Shown in pieces: positions 48,496 through 60,786 of a stretch of 64,000 bases of DNA (position 1 is its first letter; every line of letters begins with the position of its first letter). This DNA is from Lama guanicoe (taxonomy: Eukaryota). The notes below the pieces were generated by a model. That model saw only the letters and a list, made by a program, of their open reading frames with translations. It did not search any database and was not told the DNA's origin. The stretch is from positions 1,366,001 through 1,430,000 of the forward strand of contig MU054391.1 in NCBI GenBank assembly GCA_013239625.1. The letters are read 5' to 3'. The position numbers and the translations under genes are program-made.

Positions 48496-50039
48496 AGCAA
48501 CCGAGACCAAAATCCTAGCTCTGTAGTTCCCTGCAAACCTCCTGGATACAATACCTCCCAAATTACAAAGGGAAAACCTGGAGTATAATGTATTAATCAC
48601 ATCCCATTTTTCTAAGAAAAAATACATTTGCATCTGTGTTTTTGTGGGTGAACTGTGTTTTTGCGTGAGTTACTTGGGTTTAAATGTGAACTGTGTTTCC
48701 AGGAGGGTCAGAAAGGGGGCCGTGCTCTCCGACATTGTCAGTCTGCAGGGGCGTGAGGGTGGGTGGCGGTTCATCCCTCCACGCACCTGCTCTGCTAGGC
48801 TCGTCACCCTGAGCGTGTGTTACTTTACATTTTTTAATCTGGTAAAAACTTCTTGAAAGAAGAGATTTTGGTGCAAGGATCTCCAGGCTCCCTTGGCCCA
48901 ACTTTTCACAGAGTCCCACGAGCCCCGAAGCCCTGGTGTGGGGTCCCGGCTTCCCCATGACCGCAGGACACCCCATCACCACTGCAGACCAGGAGGCCGG
49001 GCAGCACCCCGTCTGCTGGTCCTCGGCAAACCACAACCACGAGTGCAAGCTTTCCCGGCACAGCTGCTCCCCACACAGCTCCTCCTGTGGCCCGGGGTCC
49101 AGCCTCCATGTCAGACCTTCTCACTGGGCAGCATCCACCCGGCCTCCAGGGACCGTTGGCTAGATGGCCCTCGGGCATCGTCCCACGCCCCGGCAGTAAG
49201 GAAACCCTCCCCTCGCTGTCCTTTAACCAAAGAGCCCACGAAACCCCCAGCGGAGCACCTGCCAAATGTACCTGAGTCCCACTTCAGACTCAGTCTGGGG
49301 CCTCTGCAAACCAGGCAGGCCCTCCGGGCCGGGACTCCCTGAGCAGCCAAGCTCTGAGATCAGGCCTCTGCTGGTTCCGTTTGGGGCTGTGGCTGTCGGG
49401 CTTTCCTGTCTCTGTGTTTATCTGCCGTCATTAGCCAAGCTTATTAAAATAGTCCAAATGGTTTGGAGACGTCAAACTTGCCCCCACGAAGAGAGAAGGG
49501 CCTTCGTTAACGCGCCTCTGCATCTGTCTATGATCATTTCGCTTAGTTCCCAAAACCAGCAGAAATGCAGGCACTGCCCCCGCCCTGGGTACCCAAGGAC
49601 GCCAGCCCAGGAGGACCGGCTGCCTGGCCCCAGGGCTCTCAGAGGCTGGGGCGCCCTCTCTCCTGCCTGGGGGACCACTCAGGGTGGGCGGACGCCCCGG
49701 GTTCCACCAGCCTGCTGGCTCCAGTGTGGGTTGTTTTACAAATGACAGTTGTTTGCCTCCATTCTACTTTGCTTTTCCCGGTTCAGTGCGGCCTGAAAGA
49801 AGAGTCGTTCACAAATGGAGGCCATGCTCGGGATAAAGCAGAGCCTCATGGATAACCCGCACACCGACTGCTGGTCTGAACAGGGCACGTCTCAGTGCGG
49901 ACCTGGGATGTCTAAGCCTCGACATCTCCTTTTCCTGTTGTTACAATAAAAATAACAACAGCCTGGTGCTTTGCCTTAGCCCACCTCTCTTCCATGGTAA
50001 ATTCACGGTGTGGGAATTGTTACTATTCCAGAGAGAGAG

Positions 50040-50604
50040 CAGTATATACAACAGCCAAGACGTGGAAACAACCTAAATGTCCATCCACGGATGACTGGAC
50101 AAAGAAGCTGTGATGTATTTATACAATGGAATACTACTCAGCCATAGAAAAGAATGAAATCATGCCATTTGCAGCAACATGGATGGACCTGTAGATCCTC
50201 ATTCTAAGTGAAGTAAGTCAGACAGAGAAAAATACCGTATGATATCACTCAAATGTGGAAAAAAAAAAAAGGACACTGAACTCATCTACGAAATAGAAAC
50301 AGACTCGCAGACATAGTAAACAATCTTATGGTTACTGGGGGGAGAAGGGGTGGGAAGGGATAAATTTGGGAGCTTGAGATTTGCAAATGATAATCACTAT
50401 ATATAAAAATAGATTAAAAAACAAATTTCTGCTGTACAGCACAGGGAACTATATTCACTATCTTGTAATAACCTATCATGAAAAAGATTATGGAAACGAA
50501 TATATGCCTATATACACATGGCTAGGACACTGTGCTGTGCACCAGAAACGGACACATTGTAACTGACTGTACTTCAATCTAAAAAAAAAAAAAGTTTAAA
50601 AAAA
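50040..50604 (+). mobile_element. Younger LINE-1 3' end with poly-A
   Basis: AGCCAAGACGTGGAAACAACCTAAATGTCCATC...TAACTGACTGTACTTCAAT followed by an A tract. Confidence 0.92.
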
Positions 50605-51788
50605 GAAAGCAGTGTAGCCAGGATTAGAGCTCAGGCTCTGACTTCCCGGTGCAGGGGCTCCAGCACGTCTCTCTAACACTCACTATTGCAAACCCATCTG
50701 TGCCCGGCCTGTGTTGGCCACATGCACCCAAGGAACACGACACAGTCTTTGCCCACAAAGACGCCCTAAGGAAATTCGGCTTTGCATGTTCCTCGTCCAT
50801 CTGCACATTGAGGTCAACAGCCACACGCTCCGGACACGTAGGTTAGACTCAGCCGGCATAGTTATTCCACAGCAGCTCACTGTGACACGCTTGAAATTAA
50901 GTCCCTAGCAAGTTTCCAAGTCACCTGGCGCACCAGCTTGGAGGCGGGGGCACAAAGTCAGCAGGGCCCCGGGGTCACCCTGGGACATCCTCGGGCCGGC
51001 GCAGCACCCCGCTCACCCTGACAGCCATGCCCACCACCTCTGCTGCCCTGCACCGTCCTTCCCAGAGACCTCACTGGACGGAGCCACGTTTCCTCCGCTG
51101 ACAGAGCTCGGTGGCCTCCACAGCGACCTCCCAGAGTCCAGCGGCGCTCCGAACTCAGAGTCCACATTACTCTCATGTATACGCCGAGGTCTGTCAATCA
51201 TGGCTTCTGCAACGGTGGGGGTGAACCTGCCTACTGACACATGACCTCAGCATGTGAGCAACATAATTTCTTCCCTGTTTCCAATGGCTTTTGTTTCAAT
51301 TGTAGAAGCAGTGGTGGAGTTCAGCGTGTCACCAGCCATGACTGCCAGCCATCCAGAGCCCGCTGGCACCCACAGCCCAGGGGGACTCCAGGAGCAAACA
51401 GACCCCAGACTTGTGGGGTGGGGGAGATGAGGGGCCGGGGCGCCACCCCCCCACCCTGGACGGCACGCTGGTCACCAGCCACCAGAATCAGAGGTGTGGT
51501 GGTGTTCGCTTTCAAGTCCTTTTCCATCCCTCCAAAGAGGAGCAAAATGAAATCCCTTTTAGCTAGCAGCAAGGACCCACACTCTGTCCCTTTGCCTTAA
51601 TCTGATCTCAGAGGTAAAAGCCAAGGCAAAAGCCGCCGGGAGGCCCCCGGCCGCGGGCAGCGCGGCGGGGAAGCTGGCCGCTCTCGGCACCCGTGGGTGG
51701 GAGGCACCGCCTCCAGCGCTGGCAAAACCCTCCGAGGAAAGGGTTTCCCACAGGTGCCAGCGCCAGCAGCTAATAACCACCACACGCC

Positions 51789-52140
51789 ACAAAGAAAACT
51801 ACCACGTGATGTCACTGATGTATAGAATCTAAAAAAAGGACACAAATGAACTTATTTACAAAACTGAAAGTGACTCACGGACACAGAAAACAAACATGGT
51901 TACGGGGGGATGGGGGCGTTGGGGGGACAAATTGGGAGTTCGGGATTAACAGATACTAACTACTATGTATAAAACAGACAGACAGAAAGGTCCTCCTGTG
52001 CAGCACAGGGAGCTCTGCTCAATACCTTGTAACAGCCTATGATGAAAAAAATGTGAAAATATATATATGTGTAGCAACTTGCTCTGCTGTGCAGCAGAGG
52101 CTAACACCACGTCGTAAATCAGCTGCACTTCAATTAAAAA
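51789..52140 (+). mobile_element. LINE-1 3' end
   Basis: GAATCTAAAAAAAGGACACAAATGAACTTATTTACAAAAC...TAAATCAGCTGCACTTCAATTAAAAA. Confidence 0.88.
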
Positions 52141-53707
52141 CAACAGAAAATGTGATGGAGGGTAAACAAACAGAGACGTGAACAGTGTTAAACGCGTCCT
52201 TACGATGCGTCTTTTTGACCCTCTCTGCGTGCTTCCACCCGAGGGCACAAGCTGCTCAGAGCCGGGCCGGTGAGCAGGGAAGCCCCGGGGAGAGACTGAG
52301 CTGAGGACCCTGGTCCCGTTCTCTCCTCAAAACCAGAGAGGGCAGCAGAGCCCTTTACGAGGAGCACACACAGTGCTGGACGCAAGGACAGGAAGGAGTG
52401 CTCACTGGGGCCTGTTACACGCCCAGCCCAGCAAAGAGCACCTCCGGCCGACGATCAGTGGGTCAGTCAGGGTCCCTCTTCAGGTGAGAAGAGCTGACAT
52501 TCAGAGAGGTTTGTGCTAGAACCTGCCCCAGGAGCCGGAAGACAAAGGTTCAAGTTTCCTCTGGAAGGGCACCGGTGGGGGAGGGGGTGGGGACAGCAGG
52601 AGGGGGGTCCCTGCCACGGGGAGCAGCTGGGGCTCCTCCTGCAGGACGTTGGGGCACGCGGTGTAGACAGAGCCCCAGAATCCCTCAGCTGAAGGCCAGG
52701 TCACGGCAGAGGTGGACGCCAGCATCATCCCACCCCAGATGTCACTGTGCAAAAAGGCCCCCAGGACAGAGATGCTGGAAACTGGAAGGGTGACCCTCGA
52801 ACCCCGACAGCGCCTCCCTCCAAGATGACCAACTGACCCGGTCACACTGCAGGAAGTGGGGTCGCGGGGTGGGGAGCGGAACAGCTCATCAGAAAAGCCA
52901 GCTGTCTGGCCTCCAGCCCTCCTGCAGGAGGCCTCCTCTTTCTGAAAACCACCACGATTCTTGACGGAAGGTGCGAAATTGTGTTGACAGTTTAATGGCA
53001 ACAAATGCCAAACGGTCACCGTTTCCCCTTCAGTGGACAATAACCATCGCTCCTGTCTCATCCGATAGAAACCAGAGGTGTTTCCTTCCCAGAAAAGACT
53101 CCTTACGCTCGGAGGCCAGGCCGAGGGACCCCTGGCCCTGTCCAGCCTGCTCCCCGACTTCGTGGCCGGTTGCTCTGAGCAGCCTCACCCCACAGGCGTG
53201 CCAGTCCCGGGGGCCAGACCACCGAAGGAAGGACCCTGATGACCTTGTTGGTGCCGTTCCTAAAGGACCGTGACACTGAGGCAACACGAAGGCGGAGAAG
53301 GAAGCCCCGGGACCCCAGGGCGGGCCGGGGCTACGGGTGTGTAGACAAAGACCTGCCGTCCACCTCTGGGCGGTGGACACGGGGACTTGTCCTGTGTGAG
53401 AGGAGGTGGGACGAGACGCTTCCTGCCCGCGTTCCTGCAAGGACAGGGCGGCTAAGGCGAGAAGGCGAGAGGGGGGCCGGGTCACCAGGTGCGAGGCTCT
53501 TCCCGCCGCCTGCAGGGAACACCCGCGAACACACCTGAGATTTGTTTAATGGCGAGTCTTTGGAGAATAAGATTCACACAGGACATTAAAGACACATTTT
53601 TTTTAAAGTCCAGTAGACCACTTCCTATTTTTGAGCAGTTGGATTGAATTTCTTTTAAAATTTTTTTGAGCTGAGCTGTCTTACTGATTTTGCACTTTTT
53701 AAATTCC

Positions 53708-53831
53708 CTTTTTTTTTGAGGGGGGCTAATTAGGGTAATAAATTTATTTTTAATGGCGGTCCTGGGGATTGAGCCCAGGACCTCCTCGTGCATTCTAAGC
53801 ACACACTCTACCACTGACCTGTGACCTCCCC
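53708..53831 (-). mobile_element. tRNA-Ala-derived SINE (Vic-1 type)
   Basis: CTGGGGATTGAGCCCAGGACCTC...CTAAGCACACACTCTACCACTGA, preceded by the family tail GGGGGCTAATTAGG and a T tract. Confidence 0.9.
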
Positions 53832-53838
53832 GCCAGAC

Positions 53839-54393
53839 CGTGTGTTTTCCTATTACCGTGTGACAAACATCACAAGCATAGCAGCCTACACCTCGTCTGT
53901 GTGCTGTCTCTGTCTCCGTGGGGTGGGAGTTCAGCCCATTTGAATGGGTCCTCTGCTCAGGGTCTTACGAGTCTGAAGCCAAGATGTCCACTGACTGTGT
54001 CCTCTTCTGAAGGCTCAGCTGGGGAGGCACCCCCTCCAGGCTCCCTCTGGCTGCTGACAGAACCCCTTTCCTTGTGGCTGTTGGATGATGTCCCTGTTCC
54101 CTGGGCTGTTAGCCAGAGACCACTGTCCTGGAGGTCACTCTTGGGTGCTGGTTCATGGCCCCTGCACAGGTAGCTCACACAAGGCCAGCTCTCCAAGGCC
54201 TGCTGGCGAATCTGTGATGACGGGGTCTTGTATGACGGAAAGACACCACGGGAGTCTTGTGACACAGCCTCATCCAGGGAGTGACTGTCCCGCCACACTC
54301 CCAGGTTCCTCCCACACTTGCAGGGAGGAGAGTGTGCTGGTCTGTACACTGGGGGTCAGGGGTCTTGGGGCCATCCTAGAGCTCGGTCCACCT
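53839..54393 (-). mobile_element. MaLR LTR (MLT1D-F-like)
   Basis: GGGTCCTCTGCTCAGGGTCTTAC, CTGAAGGCTCAGCTGGGGA and TCTTGGGGCCATCCTAGAG motifs. Confidence 0.85.
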
Positions 54394-55031
54394 GGAACGT
54401 TCCCCACTTCGCGTTAGGAGATGCATTTCTAGCAGGTGGCTTGGTTCCCAGAGCTAGACTTTCTCACCTTTATGAGAAAAAACACATATTTACCAGCAAT
54501 CGCTCTCAAGTCGGCGTTCAGAACATCAAGCGTTGACGTTTATAAGCAGTATTTCCGTCTGTACATGAAAGTTGTTATTCACGCAAAAACATGCTTTTAT
54601 TTCTTCGGATGGGAATTTGGTACCATTTTGTCAAGAGAGGGTTCTCTCCTTCAAAGGGATGGAGGCTCTTTGCTAAAACTCTGCCTGGGCCCCGGAGACT
54701 GACGTCATGAAAGCCAGCCCTCGTTCGAAAGAAGAGGAGAGGGCGAATGTTGAGAACAGTGCCACTTTCAGTCAAATAGAATTTTTGTTACTACTGATGT
54801 TGTCAAACTTCAACAAATAATCTAGAAAGTAATTGAAGAATCGATAGTTTAGATCAAAGGAGAATCAAAGAAACCGTAAAATCACCTTCCTGTTGTGTAA
54901 ATTTGCAAATTTCCTTTGGAGCTTCAGCTCCCAGAGCCCGAAGTGTTCACCCCTGCTCACGCACACAGCTTAGAGGGTGGGGAAGAAAAGGCACTATGAA
55001 AAAGTCCATTTGAAAAAACCAGCTAGTCACC

Positions 55032-55129
55032 TTTGTTTTGTTTTCTCTTCTCTAAGCGGCAGTCCTGGGGACCGAACCCAGGACCTCACGCGTGCTAAGC
55101 GTACACTCTACCACTGAGCTACGCCCCCC
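55032..55129 (-). mobile_element. tRNA-Ala-derived SINE (Vic-1 type, short tail)
   Basis: CTGGGGACCGAACCCAGGACCTCACGCGTGCTAAGCGTACACTCTACCACTGAGCTAC. Confidence 0.9.
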
Positions 55130-56581
55130 ACCAAGAGCCACGTACATTTGGAAAGCACGCATTAAAATTGGTCATTCGCATTGGCCTGAGCGTGGTCAGC
55201 CTTTTTATCTCAATCGGATTTTTTGTGTCTAAACAACTGATTCTATCATTTTAGGCAAAGAAAGAAGGTTCTCCTCTCCAGAAGCCTTAGAGGGGAGAGG
55301 GCATCCCCAAGAGCTAAGACGGGAGAGCTTCGCGGCCCTCACTCTTCCCTCCCTGCAGTAGGTGGGGAAGTTTTCTCTCAGATCCTGAACTCAGTGGGCC
55401 CTACTCCCTGCTCAGATACTGGTTTCGCTCCCAGTTCTTTTTGCATCAAATTAAATTAACCAGTTGGATACTGACTGACCACAAACCAATGGTAGACTGA
55501 ACTCCTTGAAATATTCACATGCACGTTACTCCGGGGACCAGCATCCATGAGGATGGGGCAGATGGCCAGCCAGGATGCTCAGAGGTGAGTCTGCATCCTG
55601 CTGCGCTCACGCCTTCCTGCTCAGAAGACAACGGAGCTGGAACGTGGGACGAGGGAATCTCAGCGAATTTGACCTGCGAGCAGGGGTGATGGTGAGGAAG
55701 GGGCGGCGGGCCAACCCTGAGCTTGGCTCTGGTCAAGTTTTCAGATTCAAACAGACGCACTGGCCGTGACAGCGTCACATAACGTTTCCCAGATAAAGCA
55801 CGTCACGGTTTTCCTACACCCTCCTAACGTCACAGGAGGCGTACAGGAGCCCAGACGTGTGTTAGGATGCCCGTGGTTCAGACAGGTGGGCGAAAAAGAC
55901 ACTGTCCGCCGTGCTCTGTCCTGGTCACAAGCCATCGCCGCGTGCCTGGTGTGGCTGGCGCTCCATCACTGCCACACGGGCTGTGCAGGCCAGGGGCCCA
56001 CGCAATCCCACTCCTTCTGTGGCCTCCCCGGAACTGCGAGCTGCGTGCTATGTGGGTTTGTGTGTTTCTAAGACGAGTCTGTATGCATTTTCCCTCTTTT
56101 CATTTGGATTAATTTTTGCATTTTGATTTCTGGAAGAACTAATTTTTAAGCCCTCTCTAGTGATCCTTAATTTTTACTTTAATTTTGCTCTTACGTTTGT
56201 CAGTTTCTCCTTTACACTTTATTTGGAATTGTCCAGTGACGCATTTCCTGCTTTATTAAATACTTAGTTTATTAAGTAATTGTGCTTCAATGCATACGTT
56301 TAAGGCTCTGTGCGTCCCTTAGCTGTTGGGCTGCACGGTGCATTCACTGTGGTTCAAGACAGGATATTTCATATTTCGCCTGTATTTTTAACACATAAAT
56401 ACTTAGAATTATTTTCAGAATAAAAACTCTATAAATAAACCATATTCTATGGAAAAACTATGACTAGAGAAAAAATAACGAGGAAAGTTTTTAAAAAAAA
56501 CTGAATTTCACCATTCGGAAATGATCGTCTAATAGTGTTGACGATTACCCTCCGTGGGTGTCCTTCCTGTGCCCTTGTGCT

Positions 56582-56640
56582 CGCGCACACGCACACGCAC
56601 ACGCACACGCTCACACACGCTCACACACGCTCACACGTGT
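56582..56640. repeat. (CACACG)n / (TCACACACGC)n microsatellite
   Basis: Direct reading. The first 29 nt strictly alternate purine and pyrimidine. Confidence 0.9.
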
Positions 56641-57931
56641 GGTGTTATGTCCACAGGATCGTATCAGGACTATTACGGTTTTTTAACAAATGTAAGTTTG
56701 ACTTTGGAGTGGCGGACAGGCAGGTTTTCATTCTTCATCAATAATTTTATCATACAAGTATCTACAAAGATGGTCTTTATCACACAGATTCCTTTGATTT
56801 ATTGAGAATCCCCTTTAGGCCCAGTTATACATAAGTTTTAAATTTTCTATTGTCATTGAATATGTACGCGCTCTACTTGTGGCTGGCATGCGTGCATGCA
56901 CACAATCAAGATTAATTGTATTATTTAAAGCACAATTTAAATAACCTATAATTTTACTTCCATCAACGTCATCTCTCAGTTTCTGAGAGACATTCGCTGT
57001 AACACCCACTCTGATTATGGATTCTTCCATTCCGACTTGTAATTCTGCTGCGTTTTGTTGTGTGTTTTGCAAGGCTGCACAGTCAGGTGCACACCAGTTT
57101 GTAACTGTGGTAAGTTACCAATAGATTGTTTCTTTTATGATCTATTTTATCCATAGTTTTCCCTAAAAACGTATTTCATTCTGTATTAAAGTAGTTATCT
57201 TAATTTTGTTTAAGTCAGTATTTCCCAGGTGTGTATTTTCCCAGATGCTCAGCCTTATTACTTTATTTAATAACTGGGTTTTGAGCAGGTCCCATAACTT
57301 GTATATAGCAGAATTTTCAATATCAAGTCTGTGTCTTTTAGACAAAAACATAAATGTTACATTTTCAGTTACTGTGGCTACTGACATAGTTCTACCACCT
57401 TAGTCTCTATTTCTCACGTACTGCTTAGAATTTTTCACTTGATTTCTCCTTTTCTGCCTTCTCTTCGATGAATCATGATCTGTCAGTCCCTGCCTTCCTG
57501 TGCTTGGAAGTCTTGTGTCACATTCCATCGTCCCAGTGATCACCTTTATGCTTTCTAACTTGCACACTTTCTGCATTTTTCTCACAAAATACAAAGTCAG
57601 TCAGTTTCCATACACCCCCCCCAAATAAGAGAAGCTTGTGAGCCCGCTGTCTCCCTGGAGACTCCCCAGGTCCACTTATCGTTGTCCGGGACTTTCACTC
57701 CACCTGCTTTACGCTTGTGGAAAGTGCCTCTTCTGCTTTCGTGCTCACGAGATTCGCTCACTGTTCAGTCAGTGTTGCGTCTTTCCGCCAGTTCTTTCCA
57801 GTGGGTTTGGTTCTCTTCTTGCCGAAGTGCATTCTTCAGCAGCTCTTTTATCAGGGCCCTTTGTGTCTGAAAATGCCGCTACGTGGCCCTCGCTCAGTGC
57901 TGCCCAACAGGTGCAGCGTGGAGGTGAGCCG

Positions 57932-58117
57932 CGGTCGGCCCCCCCGTCTGCCCTCCGCGTGGATCGCAGCAACCTCAGCTCAGCCCACGTCTGGCTGAAT
58001 CCACAGATGCGGGAGGAACCCCGGATGTGGAGGGCCGACTGGACGGCGCAGTTTTACATACACGACTTGAGCACCCTCAGATCCGGGACCAACCCCCGGG
58101 ACAGCGAGGGCCGACTG
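57932..58117 (-). mobile_element. Tigger-derived MITE (MER8/MER2-like)
   Basis: Terminal inverted repeats CGGTCGGCCC ... GAGGGCCGACTG, internal copy GGAGGGCCGACTG, and GACTTGAGCA motif. Confidence 0.75.
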
Positions 58118-59231
58118 TGTCGCCTGTCCTCGGCCCTCTGAGGACATTACCACCTTGTCTTCCGCCGTTGGTAATGAGGGAATAGCTTTAATTTTTATTA
58201 TTATTCCTTTGTAGGTTATTTTGGTCCCCCCCTTGCATTAGATTTTAATATTCCTTTTGTCCTTAATATTGTAACAATGTTCTTAAATACACTTGTCTTT
58301 ATTTACCCTCCTTAGAATCCAGAACATGTGAGACACATGAAACTCACCCGCTTACCCCTGACTCTTCTGAGGCTCTGTAGCTGGAGTTTTAGCTGCTGGA
58401 GTAAACTGCCGGCTCGCCCCCTAGCTGGGCTTGCAGCAAGAGTCTCACATTTGACTGGGGCATCCTTCCTCCTTGCACCGCTCTGGGGTATGTTTGGGGT
58501 GGGGGGGGCACAGTGAGGCTTGGAGACACTGCAGGGCTGTCAGAGTTCGCTCTCTCACTCGGTCACCCATTTCAAAATCTTAATGAGGTTGAATATTTGA
58601 TTGTTGCCAGTTCATATTTTTGCAGTTTTTGTTTTCTACTTTTATTTATTTCGTTTGGTGCTGGGGTAGGAGTTCTGGGATTCAGCTTCCCTCCATCCTC
58701 CTCACTTGGATTTCCCTGTGTTACTTTGACAGTTTAACAGACAGCGTGGACTTTCTGCCCCCAGCTCCTCTGGTGAGACCCTCCTGGGGAGAGATGCCAT
58801 AACACGTTATCTTCGACCCTTTCCCCGCCAGTCCAGTACAGGACCCTAAGAAGATCAGACACTTGGAGAATATCATTACCCAACTGGACAGCGTTCCTGG
58901 GGCTGGAAGTGTCTGGAGTCCGACATGGCAAGCCGTCACCTGGCCCCAGTGTGCACCTGACCTGGTAGAAGACGGGTGGCCCTCAGAGAGAGGAGCCTGG
59001 AAGTCCCTGGACCACGTCCACCCAAGGTCTTCCTTGAGAGCCCTAACCCGCAGAACAGGTCTCCCTGCCCCCGCACCCTTTCCCATGGGACACAGCAAGT
59101 TCAGCCCGGTTTGTGCCACTTACTAACCCAGCAGTGACTTCTGGCTCCTGACCAAACCACCACTGGGCTAGAAGAAGTGATTTAAAGTCTGTCTGTGCAG
59201 AAGAAAAGAAATAAAAAATAAAAATAAACTT

Positions 59232-59350
59232 GGGGAGGTGGGTAGAGCTCAGTGGTAGAGCTCACGCCTGCGACACACGAGCAGGCACGAGGTCCTGGGT
59301 TCAGTCCTCAGCCCGTCCATTAAAAACTAGTTAAATTAAATTAAATTAAA
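59232..59350 (+). mobile_element. tRNA-Ala-derived SINE (Vic-1 type) with ~10-nt insertion in the anticodon-arm region
   Basis: GGGGAGGTGGGTAGAGCTCAGTGGTAGAGC...GCACGAGGTCCTGGGTTCAGTCC plus a (TTAAA)n tail. Confidence 0.88.
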
Positions 59351-60129
59351 GTACATCTATGCAGCATAAGGCAGAAGGAGATCTATCAAGGGTGTGGCCG
59401 TTTTGATCAAAAATGGAAGACACATCACTCAGAACCCAAACACCGTGTGTGGGTAAGACAAGTGAGAGCTCACGGTCACTTCAGTTCTTCGGGGAGGCAG
59501 CGTGTGAGCGCACACAGACACACACAGGCAAACACACGCGCACCACATGCTCCGGGAAACTTGATCACAGTCGAGAATTCCGTGACTCAGAGACCAGCTG
59601 TCATAACTGATGGGTTGACGGTATAAGTTGCACTTTAAGACGTGCTCCTCTGTCTTCTCAGCATGACGTGCAGAAGGGTTTCCTGGTCAGTGTCTGCTCG
59701 AGTCGTTTGCCCAAACTGAGGGGCTGTGCCATGCTTCCGCACTGCACCCTGCCAGCACAGCCGCTGGAGCAGGCCACAGAGAGACTGAGCCTCCGGCTAG
59801 ACGGTTGTAGCAGGCGCTGTGCCTGGTCAGGGCAGGAGGTCTATGCCGGGCCACGCTTTCCTTACCAGAAGGCGGGTTGTTTGCTGGGAGACCTCTCTGC
59901 CCCGTCCCCAGGGCCGGCCCTCGGACAGTCTGCTGGTTTGCCCCACAGACATCAAGAGGTCAGTAAATTCGAGTCCCCGTGGTCCAGGGCATCATGATGG
60001 ATGTCCCCTCGTCACAGAAAGTGCCACCCCTGTTGTGCACGGACACCTCGTGTTTCTCTAACAGTTACAACAATAATTGAAACAGCAGCACCTCATCCTT
60101 CTGGGGCCAGCAGTGCACGGTGCACCGTG

Positions 60130-60786
60130 ACTAAAAACAGACTCACCCTGGGACCCAGCAGTCCACTTCCAGGGACAGATCTGGAGGAGACCTGAATTCG
60201 AAAAGACACCTGCACCCCAATGTCCACAGCAGCACTACTTACAGTAGCCAAGAAACAACCTAAATGCCCATTGACAGGTGACTAGATAAAGAAGCTGTGG
60301 TATATTTATACAGTGGAGTACTACTCAGCCACAAAAAATGAAATAATGCCATTTGTAGCAACTGGATGGACCTAGAGATTATCATACTAAGTAAGTCAGA
60401 AAGAGAAAGACAAATATCGTATGATATCACGCATATGTGGAAACTTAAAAAAAAAGATACAAATTCTATTTACAAACCAAAAACAGACTCATAGACATAA
60501 AAAACAAACTATGGTTACCAATGTGGAAAGGGCAGAAGGGATAAATTAGGAGTTTGGGATTAGCAGAGACACATTACTATGTATAAAGTAAACAACAGGG
60601 ACCCACTGTGTAGCACAAGGAACTATATTCAATCTTTTGTAATAAGCTATCTTGGAAAATAACCTGCAAATGCATGTATATATATATGTGTGTGTACATG
60701 TATAACTGAATCGCTTTGCTGTACACCTGAAACTAACTTTATAAATCGACCACACTTCAATAAAGAATGAATTTTTTTTAAAAAAA
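60130..60786 (+). mobile_element. LINE-1 ORF2 end and 3'UTR
   Basis: GACCCAGCAGTCCACTTCC...AAAAGACACCTGCACCCCAATG...TGTATAACTGAATCGCTTTGCTGTACACCTGAAACTAAC...CTTCAATAAA. Confidence 0.92.

Larger units (their letters stand above)
56050..58330 (-). mobile_element. Ancient LINE-1 (ORF2 EN region to ORF1), fragmented
   Basis: T-rich antisense L1 motifs (TTAAATTTTCTATTGTCATTG, CTTGTATATAGCAGAAT, ATTCCTTTGTAGGTTATTTT). Confidence 0.7.

Noticed and set aside
21262..59350. tRNA-Ala genes
   Set aside because: All four copies have SINE tails, substitutions that disrupt the cloverleaf and, in one case, a clear TSD. They are SINEs.
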